From Callorhinchus milii (taxonomy: Eukaryota), in assembly GCF_018977255.1 (NCBI RefSeq), contig NW_024704742.1, positions 50,594,001 through 50,658,000 on the forward strand: 64,000 bases of DNA. Direction: 5' to 3'. Within the stretch, counting starts at the first letter, position 1. Each line of letters begins with the position of its first letter. Positions 11,349 to 25,004 of the stretch are shown here, piece by piece. A model generated the notes under the pieces. That model was given only the letters and a program-made list of their open reading frames with translations, was not told the DNA's origin and did no database searches. Position numbers and translations under genes: made by a program.

Positions 11349-11927
11349 TCTGTATCCTATAACAGGTAATTGTTGTCAAGTCGTGTGTCTGTGTATTTCA
11401 TCACCAACCTGTCCAGTCCCTCCACTCTACAGGCACCGGCCTGCTCCACATCCTCTGCCGTGCCTGATCCACTATTAGCAGTCGGGTTTTTAGTTTTTCT
11501 ACCCCCACCCTCTGGATCTCCATCCTGGAGCCTCTCCACTTCACCCCCTCCCTTGCCTCCTTCAGGGCCTGTTTCAAGATTTTCTTTTTAACTGTACCTT
11601 CGGTCATCTTCTCTTCTCTACACCCCTTGCCCTCCACCCCTCTCTGCTCCCAAACTGCAGCTTGGGTGCAAACCCCCATTGTTCAGCCCTCGGAATGTCC
11701 TCCCAGCATGAAAGATGTTATATAAATGTAATTTGTCGTTTGTTGTTGTTATACCTGCAGTGACTACACAAAGCACCGTTTTGAGAGCCACTGTAATCAG
11801 CCAGATTCCTCAGTAGTTCTTGTCAGGAAATGTATATAATGGACCTGTACATCCCTTCGTCCAAATGCAAGAGTCTATGAAATGATTTAATCTCATATTT
11901 GTTTTTTGATTTTGTTTTGCCTCTCAG

Positions 11928-12151
11928 CAAAAAGACTGGAGTTTTACTATGATTCAGACTCGAAGACCAATTTAATTAATAATATTATGGAATCTCCTTC
12001 AAAGGCCATATCCAAGATGGAAAGCTACAAACCTAAAAGCTGGCTGCGAAGACACATTTTCAGTTGCTTCTCTCATGACATAGACCTGAAGGGGGAAGCT
12101 AGTCATCGAAACAGTTTACTCTCGCGTAAGGTGGCATTCAGCAGCTCAATT
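11928..12151 (+). CDS. ATP10D: ATP10D exon: AKRLEFYYDSD...KVAFSSSI
   Basis: Acceptor tctcag, donor gtgagt; ends in the ATP10-type AFSS.I motif. Confidence 0.9.
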
Positions 12152-12339
12152 GTGAGTGTTCGCCTCTTTTAAATCGTAATTTAAAATTTTCATTTCTTAC
12201 CATCCATGTCTTCTAACATCGGATATAATGCCATATTAGTGTGTTTTTTTTAAACAATCTAAGTATTTTACCCCCACATCCCCGAACCATTAATCTTTGC
12301 CCTCATTCCTCCCTCATTTCCAACACAAAACCCACCACC

Positions 12340-12935
12340 TCACCCCATTTCCCACATAACTTGAAAAAGGGGAGAGAGGGGGCAAGGCGAAGGAATTGAG
12401 AGAGAATGTTTCACAGTTTTGGGGGGTAGTGGATGAATGTGCGACCTCAAATGATGGAGTGGAAGATACGAGGGACAAGCCAGTCGAGCGGAGGCGTTGG
12501 GTGGTGGATTGGGGAGTGGGAGATTGGAGAGGGAGGGAAGTGCAAAAGAGTGAAGGGATTTGAATACGAGTATGAGGATCTTGAAGTCGATCTGTTCGGT
12601 GATGGGGAGCCAGTGGAGCCTGGCCAGAACTGGTGAGATGTGGGTACGGAGTTTGGTCCGGGTCAGTAATGCAGGCGGCAGAGTTCTGAATGAGCTGGAT
12701 TTTTTGAATAGTGGAGCTGGGGAGACCGGCGAGAAGTGCGTTTGAGTAATCCAGGCGGGAGGTGACAAACTCATGCAGGAGGGTTTCGGCTGCATTTGGG
12801 GTAAGGTACAGTCAGAGGTGGGCAATCTGGCAGAGATGGAGGAAGGCTGTCCTGGTCAGGGACCAGATGTGGGGAAGAAAGGACAGCTGGGGGTTGAACC
12901 ACACGTCTAGATTGCGCACTGATTCGGTGACTCGT
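12340..12935 (-). mobile_element. LINE2 3' fragment
   Basis: ORF reads [31 protein letters not shown]. Confidence 0.85.
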
Positions 12936-13126
12936 AAAGTATAAACATGGAGGATCTGTGTTGTCCATTCTTTCTAATCTTTGTAATACCATGGCTTGAG
13001 AGGAAGCAAGAGAGAAGAGGGGGAGAAAATTCCTATTTTGCTGAAACTTTGTGGCATTTGAAACCATTTTACCTGCTCTCCTTATCTGGTGGTTGAGCCA
13101 AATCACTAATCTCATCTAATTTGCAG

Positions 13127-13315
13127 GAGAAAGATGTTGCACCAGATTCCGAACTACTGAGGAAGTTAAATTTGTTCAGTTCTAAGCCATTGGATCTAAT
13201 GGATAAGATGAGTGGAGACCTCTCACTGGAATTTACCCAAATTATTGATTTTTTCCTCGCTTTAGCAATCTGCAACACTGTAGTGGTCTCACCTGCAAAC
13301 TACGTAGGCAAGTGG
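13127..13315 (+). CDS. ATP10D: ATP10D exon: EKDVAPDSELL...DFFLALAICNTVVVSPANYVGKW
   Basis: Acceptor ttgcag, donor gtaagg; FFLALAICNTV motif. Confidence 0.93.
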
Positions 13316-14564
13316 GTAAGGCTGACATTTATTACATTATTTTTAAACCACTCGTTTTGCTATACTATCCACCCTCAACCTTTTTCAGCTCACCTGGCTT
13401 CCCATCCCCCAGCGGATCAAGTTCAAGATTCTTGTTCTTGTATTTAATCCCTCATATTTAATCCTACCTCTGCGACCTCCTTCAACCATACCAATCCGGC
13501 CATTCCCTCATTCGACCGACACTAGCCTACTCCATGTGCCTCCACTCTATTCCCACTTGATGCCGGCTCTCTTGAACTGCCAGACCAGATTCCTCCGACT
13601 TCAAAGTACATCTAAAAACCCACCTCTTTGATCGCCTTCTCACTTTCCTCAGCTCCAGTGACCAGCCAGAATTGTCAAGTGCTTTGGGATGTCCTCCCAA
13701 TGTGAAAGCACAATATAAGTGATTAGTATTGGATTATTTTTTAATATATAGAGAATGTTTCTACTGATCTGTTGCTCGCTGATCACACAATTGCACAAGA
13801 TGAATTTTTGATCAAGAAAGTGCCCATTTGAGTTCATTCTTCCAGAAAAACAATGTTGCTGTTTTTCCATCAAGCCTCATTTATTTCTTAAGAGACTAGT
13901 ATCCTAGCTTCCATCACTCTTCCTGATAACTCATTTCAGATGTTGATTTTCAACTACTTAGAGAAATATTTCCTTGAGACCATGCTAAAATTGTCCTTCC
14001 TAATTGTGAACCTGTGACCTCTTGTCAAACTGCCTTTGCTCATCTGAAAGAGTTGTGAGGTACACTAATAATCACCACCCGTCTCAGTGAAGCAGAAACA
14101 TTTCCAATCCATTATGTAGATTTGATGGCAACAATTAAAAAGTGAACATCAAAGCAAATAATAACAATCCTTTCATTTGATATAGTGCCCTATCACATTG
14201 TTGAGACGTCTCAGAGCACTTCACAGAATGTAGATGGGGACTGAGCCACTGAGGACAATACTGGTGCCTGAACTCAGAGTAGATGGTTTCTGAAGCAGTG
14301 GGACACAGAACTGCTGTCAATATAAGCTTAGCTGATTCAAACTGAACTGGGCTCCTCTTCCACTCCCCCACTCCCTGCCCCCACTACTTGGTCCCTTAAA
14401 GTAATGGTTCGATGCATTAACTCTGGACCCAACTCTTAAGGATGTCATTGAAAGGAGCACTGTTCCTTTAAACGCAAAATGTTGATCACTGGCCTGGTCC
14501 GAAAGTAATAAGTGTTTTTGTAGAAACCACACTGTAGAAATAAGTAGAGAGAGGAAAGTACTGA

Positions 14565-16790
14565 ACAGCAACAACAAAATTACATTTATGGAGCGCCTTT
14601 CACTTCGGGAGGACGTCTCAAGGCGCTGGACAGTTAGGGGTCAGGACCCGAGCATGGGGGAAGGGTGGGGTAGGGGTGAGGGAAGGCAGAGAGCTGGGAG
14701 GGCGACCGAAGACAGGATCAAAGAGGAGGATCTTGAGACTTGAAGGAGGCAAGGGAGGAAGCGAGGCGAAGGGACTGTGGGATGGAGTTCCAGAGTGTGG
14801 GGGCAGAGGCTGAAATCCCGGCCACCAATGGTAGGACGAGTCGGGCGGGAGACATGGAGCAGGCTGGAGCCCGCTGAACGGAGGGAGCGGGCAGGTTGGT
14901 AGAGTCAACAGGTTAGAGAGGAGGGAGCAAGGCCATGGATGGCCTTGAAAATGAGGACAAGGATCTTGAATTCGATTCTCTGAGGGATGGGGAGCCAGTG
15001 GAGTCGGGCGAGGGTGGGAGTGATGGGGTCACGGAGCCTGGTGGGTGAGAGTACACGAGCTGCAGAGTTTTGGATGATCTGCAGCTTGTGAAGGGAAGAG
15101 TTGGGAAGGACGATGAGAAGGGAGTTTCCATAATCAAGCTCTGATGTGACGAATGCGTGGGTAAAGGTTTCAACAGCCTGAGGGGTGAGGTAGTGGCGGA
15201 GTCTGGCAATGTTGTGGAAGTGGTGGTAGTCAGTGCCAATCATGGCGCAGATGTGGGGGAGAAAGGACAGTCCAGGGTCAAACAAGACACCCAGATTCCT
15301 GACTGGCTTAGTGAGGTTGATTGTGCAACCGTGGATACTGATGCTGCCAGTGCCCGAGGTGCGGAATCGCTGGTGTGAGCCAATCAGGAGGGCCTCGGCC
15401 TTGCTGACATTGAGTTGGAGAAAGTTGTCCCTTGTCCAGGATTTGATGTCGGACAGGACGCCAATAGTCCTGGAGTTGAGAGTGGAGGCAGAGAGATAAG
15501 AGTTGGGTATCATCCGCATACATGTGGAAATTTACCCCATGTCTGCGGATGATGTCACCAAGGGGGGGGCGTATAAAAGGTGAAGAAGAGGGGACCGAGG
15601 ACAGAGCCCTGAGGAACACTGCACAAGACGGTGCAGGAGCTGGAGGAGAAGCCGTTTGCTGAGACGAAGTGGAGGCGATGTGAAAGATAGGACCTGAACC
15701 AGTCAAGGACAGAACCTTGAAGGTTGCGGTGGGAGGAGAGGCCGTGGAGGAGGATTGAATGGTCCACAGTATCAAAGACAGCGGAGAGGTCGAGGAGGAT
15801 GAGGAGGCAGAGGGAACCCTGGTCACACGTGGTCAGGATGTTATTTGTGACCTTGACCAGAGCAGTCAAGGGCAGCACGGAAACCCAATTCGAGGGGCTC
15901 ATGGAGGGAATGGGAGGAGAGGAAAGAGCGAAGCTGGGAGGCAACGGCTCTCTCAAGGACCTTAGACAGAAAAGGGAGGTTGGAGAAGGGCTGATAGCTG
16001 GATAGCTGTGATGGGTCAAGTGAAAGTTTCTTCAAGGTGGGGGTGATAGTGGCTGTTTTGAAGGGGGAAGGAACAGTGCCAGATGACAGCGAGAAGTTGA
16101 TGATGTCGGCAAGTAGTGGAGCAAGGAGGTGGAGCTGGGATTTAAGGAGAGAGATGGGGATGGGGTCCAGGAAGCAGGTGGTGAGCTTCATGGAGGATAC
16201 GGTGGTGATAACAGAGGAGGGAGTCACAGGTTCAAAGGTGTGGAAGGAGGAATGGGTAGTGGTCGGAGTGTGGGTGTGGGTGTTAGAGAGCGGGTGGAAG
16301 TTGGGAGGGCAGTGGCAGCTGAGTGGATTCCCTTGATTTTGGACTCAAGGAAGTCCAGCATTTCCTTGCAGTGGGAGTTGGAGGAAAGAATCTGGGAGGC
16401 GTGGCGGGGAGGGCGGAGGAGCCGATTAGTGGTGGAGAACAAGAGCCTGGGGTTGCGCTTTGCCTCCAGGATTAACCTGGAGTAGAAGGACGATTTGGCT
16501 GTGGCGAGAGCAGAGCGGTAGGTTTTGATGTGTTCTAGCCAGATGTGCCGGTGGACCGTTCGGGCGGATTTGAGCCAAGTGCATTTGGCAGCCTGCACCT
16601 GGGCCTTGAGCGAGAAGAGGTGGCTGGTGAACCAGGGTGAGGATCGCGAATAGGAGGTAGTTCGGGAGGTGAGAGGGGCAAGGGCGTAGAGCATGGTGGA
16701 GAGAGTGCTGTGGAGGAGAGTAAACACAGGATGGGTTGGTGCGGGAGGTGGGCCAGAGGGGAAGGAGTTCAGAGGACAACAGGGCAGCGG
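14565..16790 (-). mobile_element. 5'-truncated LINE2 (about 2.2 kb) with frameshifted RT ORF2
   Basis: [31 protein letters not shown] and LHWLPIPQRIEFK in different frames; stem-loop plus (ttg)n tail. Confidence 0.93.
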
Positions 16791-17555
16791 AGAGGGATTG
16801 CAGGGAGATCTTCTTCCACGGGCGGTAGAAGATGGTGGAGGACATTTTAAAGCAGAGTCTGTGGAAATGCTCAATTGAATACTACGGCTGATAGTGTCTT
16901 GATAACTGATCAGCAGTCGAACATAGGATGAAAAGTTTTGAGCAAATATTATCCAAGCACGAACAAGGACAACAAAAACAGCAACACCAATGGGCTCCGG
17001 GCCAAATAGGCAACATGTTACTTTGCGTCCTGGACTGGGGTCACAGAAGGACATAATAGGATTGAACATTTGAACCTTAATAATGGGTTAATTTGAAATT
17101 GACATATTTGAAACATTATATATTTAAAGGAAAATAACTTCTCTTCATTTTTTTCCTAACAAAGACATTTTTAGGGACATGATTTAGGGAGCTACAAATA
17201 AATCATTGGATTGTGTAACTTTAAATTTAGGTTCCGTGTTGTCCATTACACTACTTGGCACGAAAGAAGCAGATATAATGAAGAGCAATAAAGATTACAG
17301 TTGAACAGTGTCTTATGTTTCTATGTGAAACATAGAACAAGGTTTTTCACTTTTTTTTATTGGGGACGAGATTGGAAAGTAGAATAGATCATAATGGGGG
17401 GAGTGAGGAGAAGCACCAGTGAAAATGGCAGCATAAGAGTCAGGAAAAAGTATTTCAAACAAAGTGTGTCTTCTGCAGGGAACTCCGTCCATATCAAGTT
17501 AAGAGTTTGTTAACTTGATCCTCCTCCTAAGCGTATCCCTCATCTAAGATATCCC

Positions 17556-17765
17556 TCAAAATGAAAAGGGAGTAAGGCAAGGCTATTCAAAGCTTTCATC
17601 AATGATGTGTTGGATGGCATCAGACTCGGTGTTTCTATTTGAAGCCTTTCTAATAGGATTGCTGTGCTTTTATTTGCGGACGATATTGTGCTACTGGCCG
17701 GTTCAGCCGGGTACATTTTGCACTGCACACGCCATCTTGAACACTGGACCACCTGGTGGGACGTG
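17556..17765 (+). mobile_element. Ancient RT core fragment (FADD type, RTE/RTE-X-like)
   Basis: QNEKGVRQG, then a frameshift into LFKAFINDVLDG...*...IAVLLFADDIVLLA (FADD at 17673-17684). Confidence 0.75.
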
Positions 17766-17814
17766 TTGGTGGGTTCTGCATGGCTCAAGAGAAGACATTA
17801 AGTTTAAATTTATC

Positions 17815-18175
17815 AGTGCCAGCTTAGCTCAATTGGTAGCGTTCTCACTTCCGGATCAAAAGATTGTAGGTTCAAGACCCATATGAGGACTTGAGCTCAT
17901 AGCGTAGGCTGACAATTCAGTACTGGGAAAGGCCTGCATAGTTGGATAGGCCATCTTTTGAATAAGACTGTTCTTCTAAAAACCCATATCTTCAACAATG
18001 CCTTTGGTCACCTTTTTCCCATCTTGTCAATATTTCCCACTATGATGTTAAACTGAGATCCCGCCTCCCTGCTAAGGTAAACATCAGTCACTCCAGTTTA
18101 CATTATATCCCATGAAGAACCTCTGGGATGTCCTCCTGTGAAAGACGCTATACCAAAAATAAGGATTATTAATAT
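17815..18175 (+). mobile_element. Old DeuSINE (SacSINE1-like) remnant
   Basis: tRNA-like head cagcttagctcaattggtagc...ggttcaagaccc followed by taggctgac. Confidence 0.6.
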
Positions 18176-19174
18176 TGTTATTTGTACTGACCTGCAAATC
18201 TCTCTGTGCAGTTCCCCTCATCTGTAATATTTGCTAGACTCACTTATGCATCTGCTCCCTTCATTCTGCAAACTGAATTTGCGAACTGAAGGGAATTGGC
18301 CTGCTGCATGTGCTTTGCCCCCTCCATGGTTGGGGGGCGGGGGGGGGGAGCTTTTAGCCCCTGTGCCTTAGTGACTGTAGCACCCTCCCCTCAATTCCCC
18401 CTTTTCCTGCTTTAAGATCCTTTTAGAAACTCAGCTCCTCAGCGATGGCTTTGGTCACGTTCTCCATATCCTTTCTTCCCACTGTTTTTGGTATCCTACA
18501 CTGTCTATGAAAAAAACCTGATGCATTATACGTGAAAGGCACAATTTAAGTGCAAGTCGTTTACCTTAAAGTTCACACAACAACACTCGGAGAGAAGGGA
18601 ATTTCTCATACAAATGAATTTATCATTCACCTCATAGTTTTTATCTATCTGAAGCTGGTAGATAAAACTTTGTTGTGGGAACAGTGATCCAACTGCTTTC
18701 TGTAGCAGTGCTATGGTAATGTCGGGCAGATAGAATTACAAAAATTGTAGCACAAAGGGAAGCTATTCAGCTTAGAGTCTTTGCTGCTAGTTCCTCAGCT
18801 AGAATTAATTATGCTGAACTCCAATTTCCTACTCCTGTATTTCTCATTATTCTTCATTTGTCTTCCTCTTCAAATGTTTATTCAATTCCTTTTTAAGTAT
18901 TGTCATGGTCTCAGACACATTAGCTAAAGTTAGACCATGTTCATATCAACTACTCTGCCACAGAGTACATTCACATCCACTGCTCCACCCACATTGGCTC
19001 CTAATTTTGGTCAGACACTGTGCTGATTACAATGATTTATGGGTAGAAAGGGATTGTTTTAAAATATGCACACTTATTTTTTAATCCATCTGCTTTTGGG
19101 ATAGTGATTTAGTAACAAGCAATGTTTATCCATATAAAGGATTAATCTCTGTTTAACTGTTTGCTTTATTTTAG

Positions 19175-19805
19175 ATAAGAACACCTTCGATTACCAGGAT
19201 TCCAATGAAGTCTCTGGATGAGTTAAAGCAACTGTTTCAGAGGTTTTCTGGATCTCGTACAAGCCCATCCTCTCTTTCAAGTTTAAAAGATCCATTTATA
19301 GAAAGTCCCAGTTTATTAGTTAGCAAACTGTTAGGTCGATTGAAGGTAGCTTCAACCTCATCAAGTATAGTTGATCAACACCAGATATTACCTTCTAGAC
19401 CAACCAAAACAACTGTTCACCCTAGTTCACCTGAAAGACGTGCTGAAATTCTTAAAAATAATAATTTGGTAACTGAAACCAGTTCGTCCACAAGTGCTTC
19501 AATAGATGACGAGGGAGTTAATTATTTAAATTTATGTTATGAGGCTGAGAGCCCAGATGAAGCTGCCCTGGTACACGCTGCTAAGGCATATGAATGCACT
19601 TTGGTATCTAGGACTCCTGATCAAGTGACTGTGGATCTGAGAGACAGGGGACTATTACACTTCCAGCTCTTGCACATCTTACCATTTGACTCGATTAGAA
19701 AAAGGATGTCAGTGGTTGTCCGTCACCCATTGACTAATAAAGTAGTTGTTTATACCAAAGGTGCGGATTCAGTCATGATGGACCTTTTGGATACCTCAAC
19801 TAAAG
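19175..19805 (+). CDS. ATP10D: ATP10D large exon, N domain ([32 protein letters not shown])
   Basis: Acceptor ttttag, donor gtaaat; overlaps the 231-aa ORF. Confidence 0.96.
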
Positions 19806-20677
19806 GTAAATTGGAGATTGGATTAGTTACACGTGACTTATCTGTCATCTGCTTGAAAACTGAGTTTCTAGTTTTTAAAATATTCTTCTCCTGTTCCTAA
19901 GATAGAAGTATAATTGGAAATGGACAATGAAGTAAGTGTTGTCAAGGTAACCAGGTTGGGCAGTTAATGCAGTAACATAAACAGCCAATGAGCATTTTAC
20001 ATCCTGGAGTTGAAAAATTTAGTCTAGCCTTCCAATTTATCTTTTAAAAGCAGCATTTATTTACTTAGAACTACAACTTTGATTTTCAATAAAATGAACA
20101 ATGAGCAATTTATAAATACTGTATGTCACAACATTACCCTCAAGGTGGTTGGTTGCTTTGAAACTGACTCTAAATTTAGAGCATGATTTATTACATAAGA
20201 ACATAAAAAATGTTAGACAAGAAAAGACCAAGGTCCATCTCGTTCGCCTATCACTTTCCTGGTGGTCACATGCACATATGTCCCGAACTACCTGTGTACT
20301 AATCACATAATCTTATCTCGTAAAAGAAAACAATCTAATCTGTTTGAAAGAACAATTTATTGTGTTTGTGTTTGAGAAGCTATTTTCCATCAACAAATGA
20401 CTTTTAAACTATCTTTGCACCAATGTAATGAAGACAATGACTATTGTACCACAGTTTTGTTTCAAAAGGAAGGGATTCGTCTTTCATATATTTATCATGT
20501 CTGATTTAATGATTGCACTAGTGAACTGAATTTTAAGCCAAATGCTATTTATGCATTGTAGACACTTGAATAAATCCAGCTGAAAATATTTAACTAAATA
20601 ATATGGAAATTTGTAGTAGGGTTTGTACTGTTTTTGACTTACTCTTGAATTTTCACTAACCTGCAATCTTCTTACAG

Positions 20678-20778
20678 GTCGTAAAGGAGACAAACTGAAG
20701 TACATTAAAGAAAAGACTCAGAAATACTTAGACTTCTACGCCAAAAATGGTCTCCGCACTTTGTGCATTGCTAAAAGA
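20678..20778 (+). CDS. ATP10D: ATP10D exon: [34 protein letters not shown]
   Basis: Acceptor ttacag, donor gtatgc; GLRTL motif. Confidence 0.94.
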
Positions 20779-22172
20779 GTATGCAAAAAAAAAAAAATAT
20801 GACATTTTCTTACAAACTCATTGAGAGGTTGAGATGGTATCATAAAACATAAGAACAAACTTCAAGCAGTTCACTAACATCTTGCAAATCTAATGATGTT
20901 CTACTGTTTTGTCCACCTTCTAGAGTGCTAAGTTTATAATATGATTTATGATAAAATTTATGATTTTACACCTAATAGAGAATCATAGAGATTCTAGTAT
21001 ATGATGAAGCCATTGGGTCTGATTGGTTTTTACTATTTTTGGTTTATCATGATGTGGAAGCAGAAGCTGACCATTTTTTTATCACGAGATCAGGCAAAAA
21101 ATAATTGTTTGACTTATACAAAGAGATGCTTTCTTCACATTTTCAATGTACTACTATAATTCGAAACTGCATATATATTCTAGCAGAAGGAAGTATTACA
21201 TTTAAATGTGTGGTGTTAATATTTTTATGCAAAATATGCATCATGTGGTTTTGTAAAAATACTTAAATATGAACCAACCTAAAGATTGAAACTTAAAAAA
21301 AATTATCATGCCAATTAAGCCATTTCATTCTGTTCAGAGCTACCCATGTTTATTAAGGATTATTATATTATTATTATAAGTTTATTATAAGGGTTTCTTT
21401 GTCGATTACTTTTATTTCATATATAAGACAGGTTTACTAAGCTCCTTGTTGAATAGCTGCTTGCTTACAGGTACGGTATTTAATTCACTGAATGGCTTAT
21501 AGATCTGTGTAGCAATTTAATTCAAAATATACTTTTTCAATACTAGAGCTGCAATTTCCTATTAGAATGAAATATGCAAAGGAAAGATTGTTTTTGTCAA
21601 ACTTTGAAATCACGTTGTAGTGCATATAGCAAACCATACAAACAATAGCGCACAGATAGAACTGTGCAAATTAATAATAATGTTAAAGATTATATAATAC
21701 AACATACAGTTATATAGCCCCTTTATATAGCAAGCTTCATATCTTCACACTGCTGGCTAGACACTCGAGTTGGGGAATGGTAAGCGAAGAGGGTGGGGAG
21801 GAAAAAGATGATCAAAATTGTGGTTGAAAAAAGTTGGGTCTTGAGGTGGGCTTTGAGTATAGGGAGGGAGTGAGCGAGCAAGTCGTAAGGACTCGGATGG
21901 AGATCCAGAGAGTGGGGCAGAATGGCATTATTCGAAAAGTGGCCAACATTCCCCCAAATAAAATTGGTCATTCACTTCATGGTTGTTTATGGGACTGCTG
22001 TGCCAAAATTGGCTGTCACATTTCTCCACAAAACACACATAGTCAATGCACTTATAGCATATCCTGTGAAGTTCTTTAGGCTGTCTTCCCAACTGAAATG
22101 AGCTATACCAAATGTAAGATTATTATTATAAGATCATAATAAGATGTTTTGCTCCAAACCTTTTGCAAGCAT

Positions 22173-22192
22173 TGTGTGTGTGTGTGTGTGTG
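22173..22192. repeat. (TG)n microsatellite
   Basis: Directly visible. Confidence 0.9.
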
Positions 22193-23393
22193 CGTATGGT
22201 AACCTATCTAGACATAAAAGAATGTTGTAAAGGGACAAACCTCTGTTGTTGTGATTTCCCAATTGATCTGTTTTATATTTACCTCCTCAGCCAAATTTTC
22301 CCCTAAATTCAGATTAATTGGCTACTTGTCTCGTTGTTCGTGGGATGTTGCCTCTGATGAAAAACTACCATTTTTCCCTATGTAACATTCACTTCTATTT
22401 AAAGTGCTTTGAGATTATTTAATTATTAAATCATTATATTACTGTATGACAATATTATACATTTTATTAATTTATGTTATAACCACAATAATACTAAGTT
22501 TAAACTTGCCAATTATTGAACAAATTATTGACTTTATTCTGATTTCGTAACCATTTCAATCATTTGTATGATCTAGAGAAACTTCTGTTGAGATGTTAGG
22601 ATGGGAAGTAGTACCTTATTTCTTTAATTTTTTTTAGTATAATCCATTACCTGATAAATTTAATGCACCCAATTTCTGCAGGTATTGTTTGTTCAGTGAC
22701 TTATTGTAACAAAGAACTAGGCACATCTTTTTACTAACCACATTTCTGAAAATTTCTATGTGAAATGTAGAAAAATAGGGTAGTATAATTAAATATTTAA
22801 TCCTTTCATCCTTAGCTTCTACTGCCACACTATTCCTACTTCACACACAGTGCAGCCAAAACACTTATCTACATCTTTGGTACTCTAAGAATTGACTTCT
22901 CCAATGCTATGCTTGTCAGCCTTTCCACAAACTTCAGATCAGCCAGAATTCAGCAGCCCATATTCTCTTCCACACAAGCTTCTATGAGCCCATCACTCCC
23001 ATTCTAGCGTGGCTCTGTTGGCTTTTGCAGATCAACTCTAAGATCCTTGTTTTTAAAAGCTTTGCCAGTCTTGATGCATCCTATCTCTATGATCTTCTTT
23101 GGTCAGTTGGCGAGCTTTCAGCTACTTTATCCCATTGGTTGAAACTCTCCCTAAATCAACGTGCCTTGCTCCCTCCATCTCTAATTTGAAAGCAATCTAA
23201 AACATATCTTTTTGATTGTGCCTTCGGACCACCTCCCTCCCATATCTTCCACCTAACTTGAGCCCCCACTCCATCTTTATAAAACACTTCGAGATGTTCT
23301 ACTTGAAAGGTGCCATATAAGTACAAATTGTTGTTGTTGGGTTAAGGGAAATCAGTCCAGATTTAGCACTAACAAAATTTTTTTGTCCTGTAG

Positions 23394-23520
23394 GTGTTGA
23401 GTACTGTTGACTACAGTGAATGGCTAAGGTTCCATACGAAAGCAGAGACAAGTATTGATAACCGAGAAGAGCTCCTGCTGCAATCAGCAGTTAAACTAGA
23501 AACCAACCTAACGCTGATTG
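23394..23520 (+). CDS. ATP10D: ATP10D exon: [42 protein letters not shown]
   Basis: Acceptor ctgtag, donor gtaaat; phases fit. Confidence 0.94.
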
Positions 23521-23867
23521 GTAAATAAGGGCAAATGCATGTTCTGTATGAGAAACTTGCATTTTTTAGAGTCTTGTTGTATCGTCTACCCTAAAGGGAT
23601 ATAATTCAATTCTTCAGATGTGAAAATGGACAGTGGATGGTCAATCAATTATAAGGGCTGCCATAGCTAAGCCAGATCTCTTTACCCAAAATCTTCTTGT
23701 AAAATCAACCATGGCGACTAAATTTAAACCAGAGATTATCACACTATGGGACATGTCTCCCCGGGGAGGCGGCAGTTGCATACCTCCCAATGTCCTGGGT
23801 TTTGCAGGACTGGCCCCGCATCTCAGCGAAGCTGCGTCCCCAACAACCAAACCCCACGACAAGTCTT

Positions 23868-23923
23868 CCTGCCACAACAATCCCCGCCACTGCAATCTCC
23901 GCCACAACAATCCCCACCACAAC
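23868..23923. repeat. About 15-bp tandem repeat, roughly 4 units (ccgccacaacaatcc-like)
   Basis: Units are directly visible, imperfect. Confidence 0.7.
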
Positions 23924-24686
23924 GTGAGGGGAAAACATTCACACTGATTGATAAACGTGGCCCCTGTCTGAATCAGGCCACGAATCAGAGTGCAAGGAAG
24001 GAGGGCAGATAGTCACTGATTCACATGTATGGCAACCAAGTCATCTGAACTGTGATACTCAAAATGAGGTGGAGCTTTAATAATAATAATCCTGGCATTT
24101 ACCACATTGTCGAGATCGTCTCAAAGCGCCTCACAGGATTTACTGTAAAGTGGATTCACTATTTTGTGGGTGAAACGCAGCAGCCAGTTGTTTGTTGGTT
24201 GTATGCCAATCAGTCTTCAGTGGATCAATCCATGGTCAAATCAATAGATTGTTTTATGACAAAGGGAGAAATATTTGTTTCCTAATGTTTCTTAAAATGT
24301 TTGTCCAGTTTTGTTTTGCCTCCTCGATTTTTGAACAGAACTGTGAGATAACACGGAAGGTACTTTATGAAATAAAATTAGTACTTTTGACACTTGTACT
24401 TTTATAACTATATTGCTCAAAGACTTACTTTATTACTCGTATTCTTTCAGAGTAATATATTTCAGTTATTTATGTGGTCTTAGTAAACTATGAGGTGCAA
24501 TTGTTTTGTTTTTCTTAGCTTAGGGAGGCTCACAGTTGTAAAGTTTGAGAAGCCTTGATTTAAAAATTTACTCTAGTTCAGCAGAGAATGTTGTAATAAC
24601 TATTACATTTATGTTTCCTGTCTAATTCGCTGCATGTCATGTATAAAAATAATGAATAATTTGATCATTTCTAACCCTATATTTAG

Positions 24687-24871
24687 GTGCCACTGGTATT
24701 GTGGATCGCTTACAGGATGGTGTGCCAGATACTATTAGGGCACTTCGAAGAGCTGGAATAAAGATCTGGGTCCTGACAGGGGATAAACGGGAAACCGCTG
24801 TCAACATTGCCTTTGCCTGTAAACTCCTTGATCAAAAAGACACCATCTTAAATCTTCGCTCAGATAGTAAG
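24687..24871 (+). CDS. ATP10D: ATP10D exon, P domain: [17 protein letters not shown]...[21 protein letters not shown]
   Basis: Acceptor atttag, donor gtaaac; TGDK motif. Confidence 0.96.
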
Positions 24872-25004
24872 GTAAACTGAAAACTCTTTTGTTCTCTATG
24901 TGATAATATTTAGAAGCATGTACAAATAATAGTACAAGAATGAAGTCTAACATTGGGGCTATCTTCATCCTTTATTAAGTAAAGTAATACTGTATTAGCT
25001 CCAT

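Noticed and set aside
16224..17069. 281-aa minus-strand ORF, the longest in the track
   Set aside because: Its 3' two-thirds is LINE2 ORF2 remnant and the rest is unrelated flank; no evidence of a real gene.
23868..23923. CRISPR-like repeat array
   Set aside because: Adjacent degenerate 15-mers with no spacers, inside a vertebrate intron.
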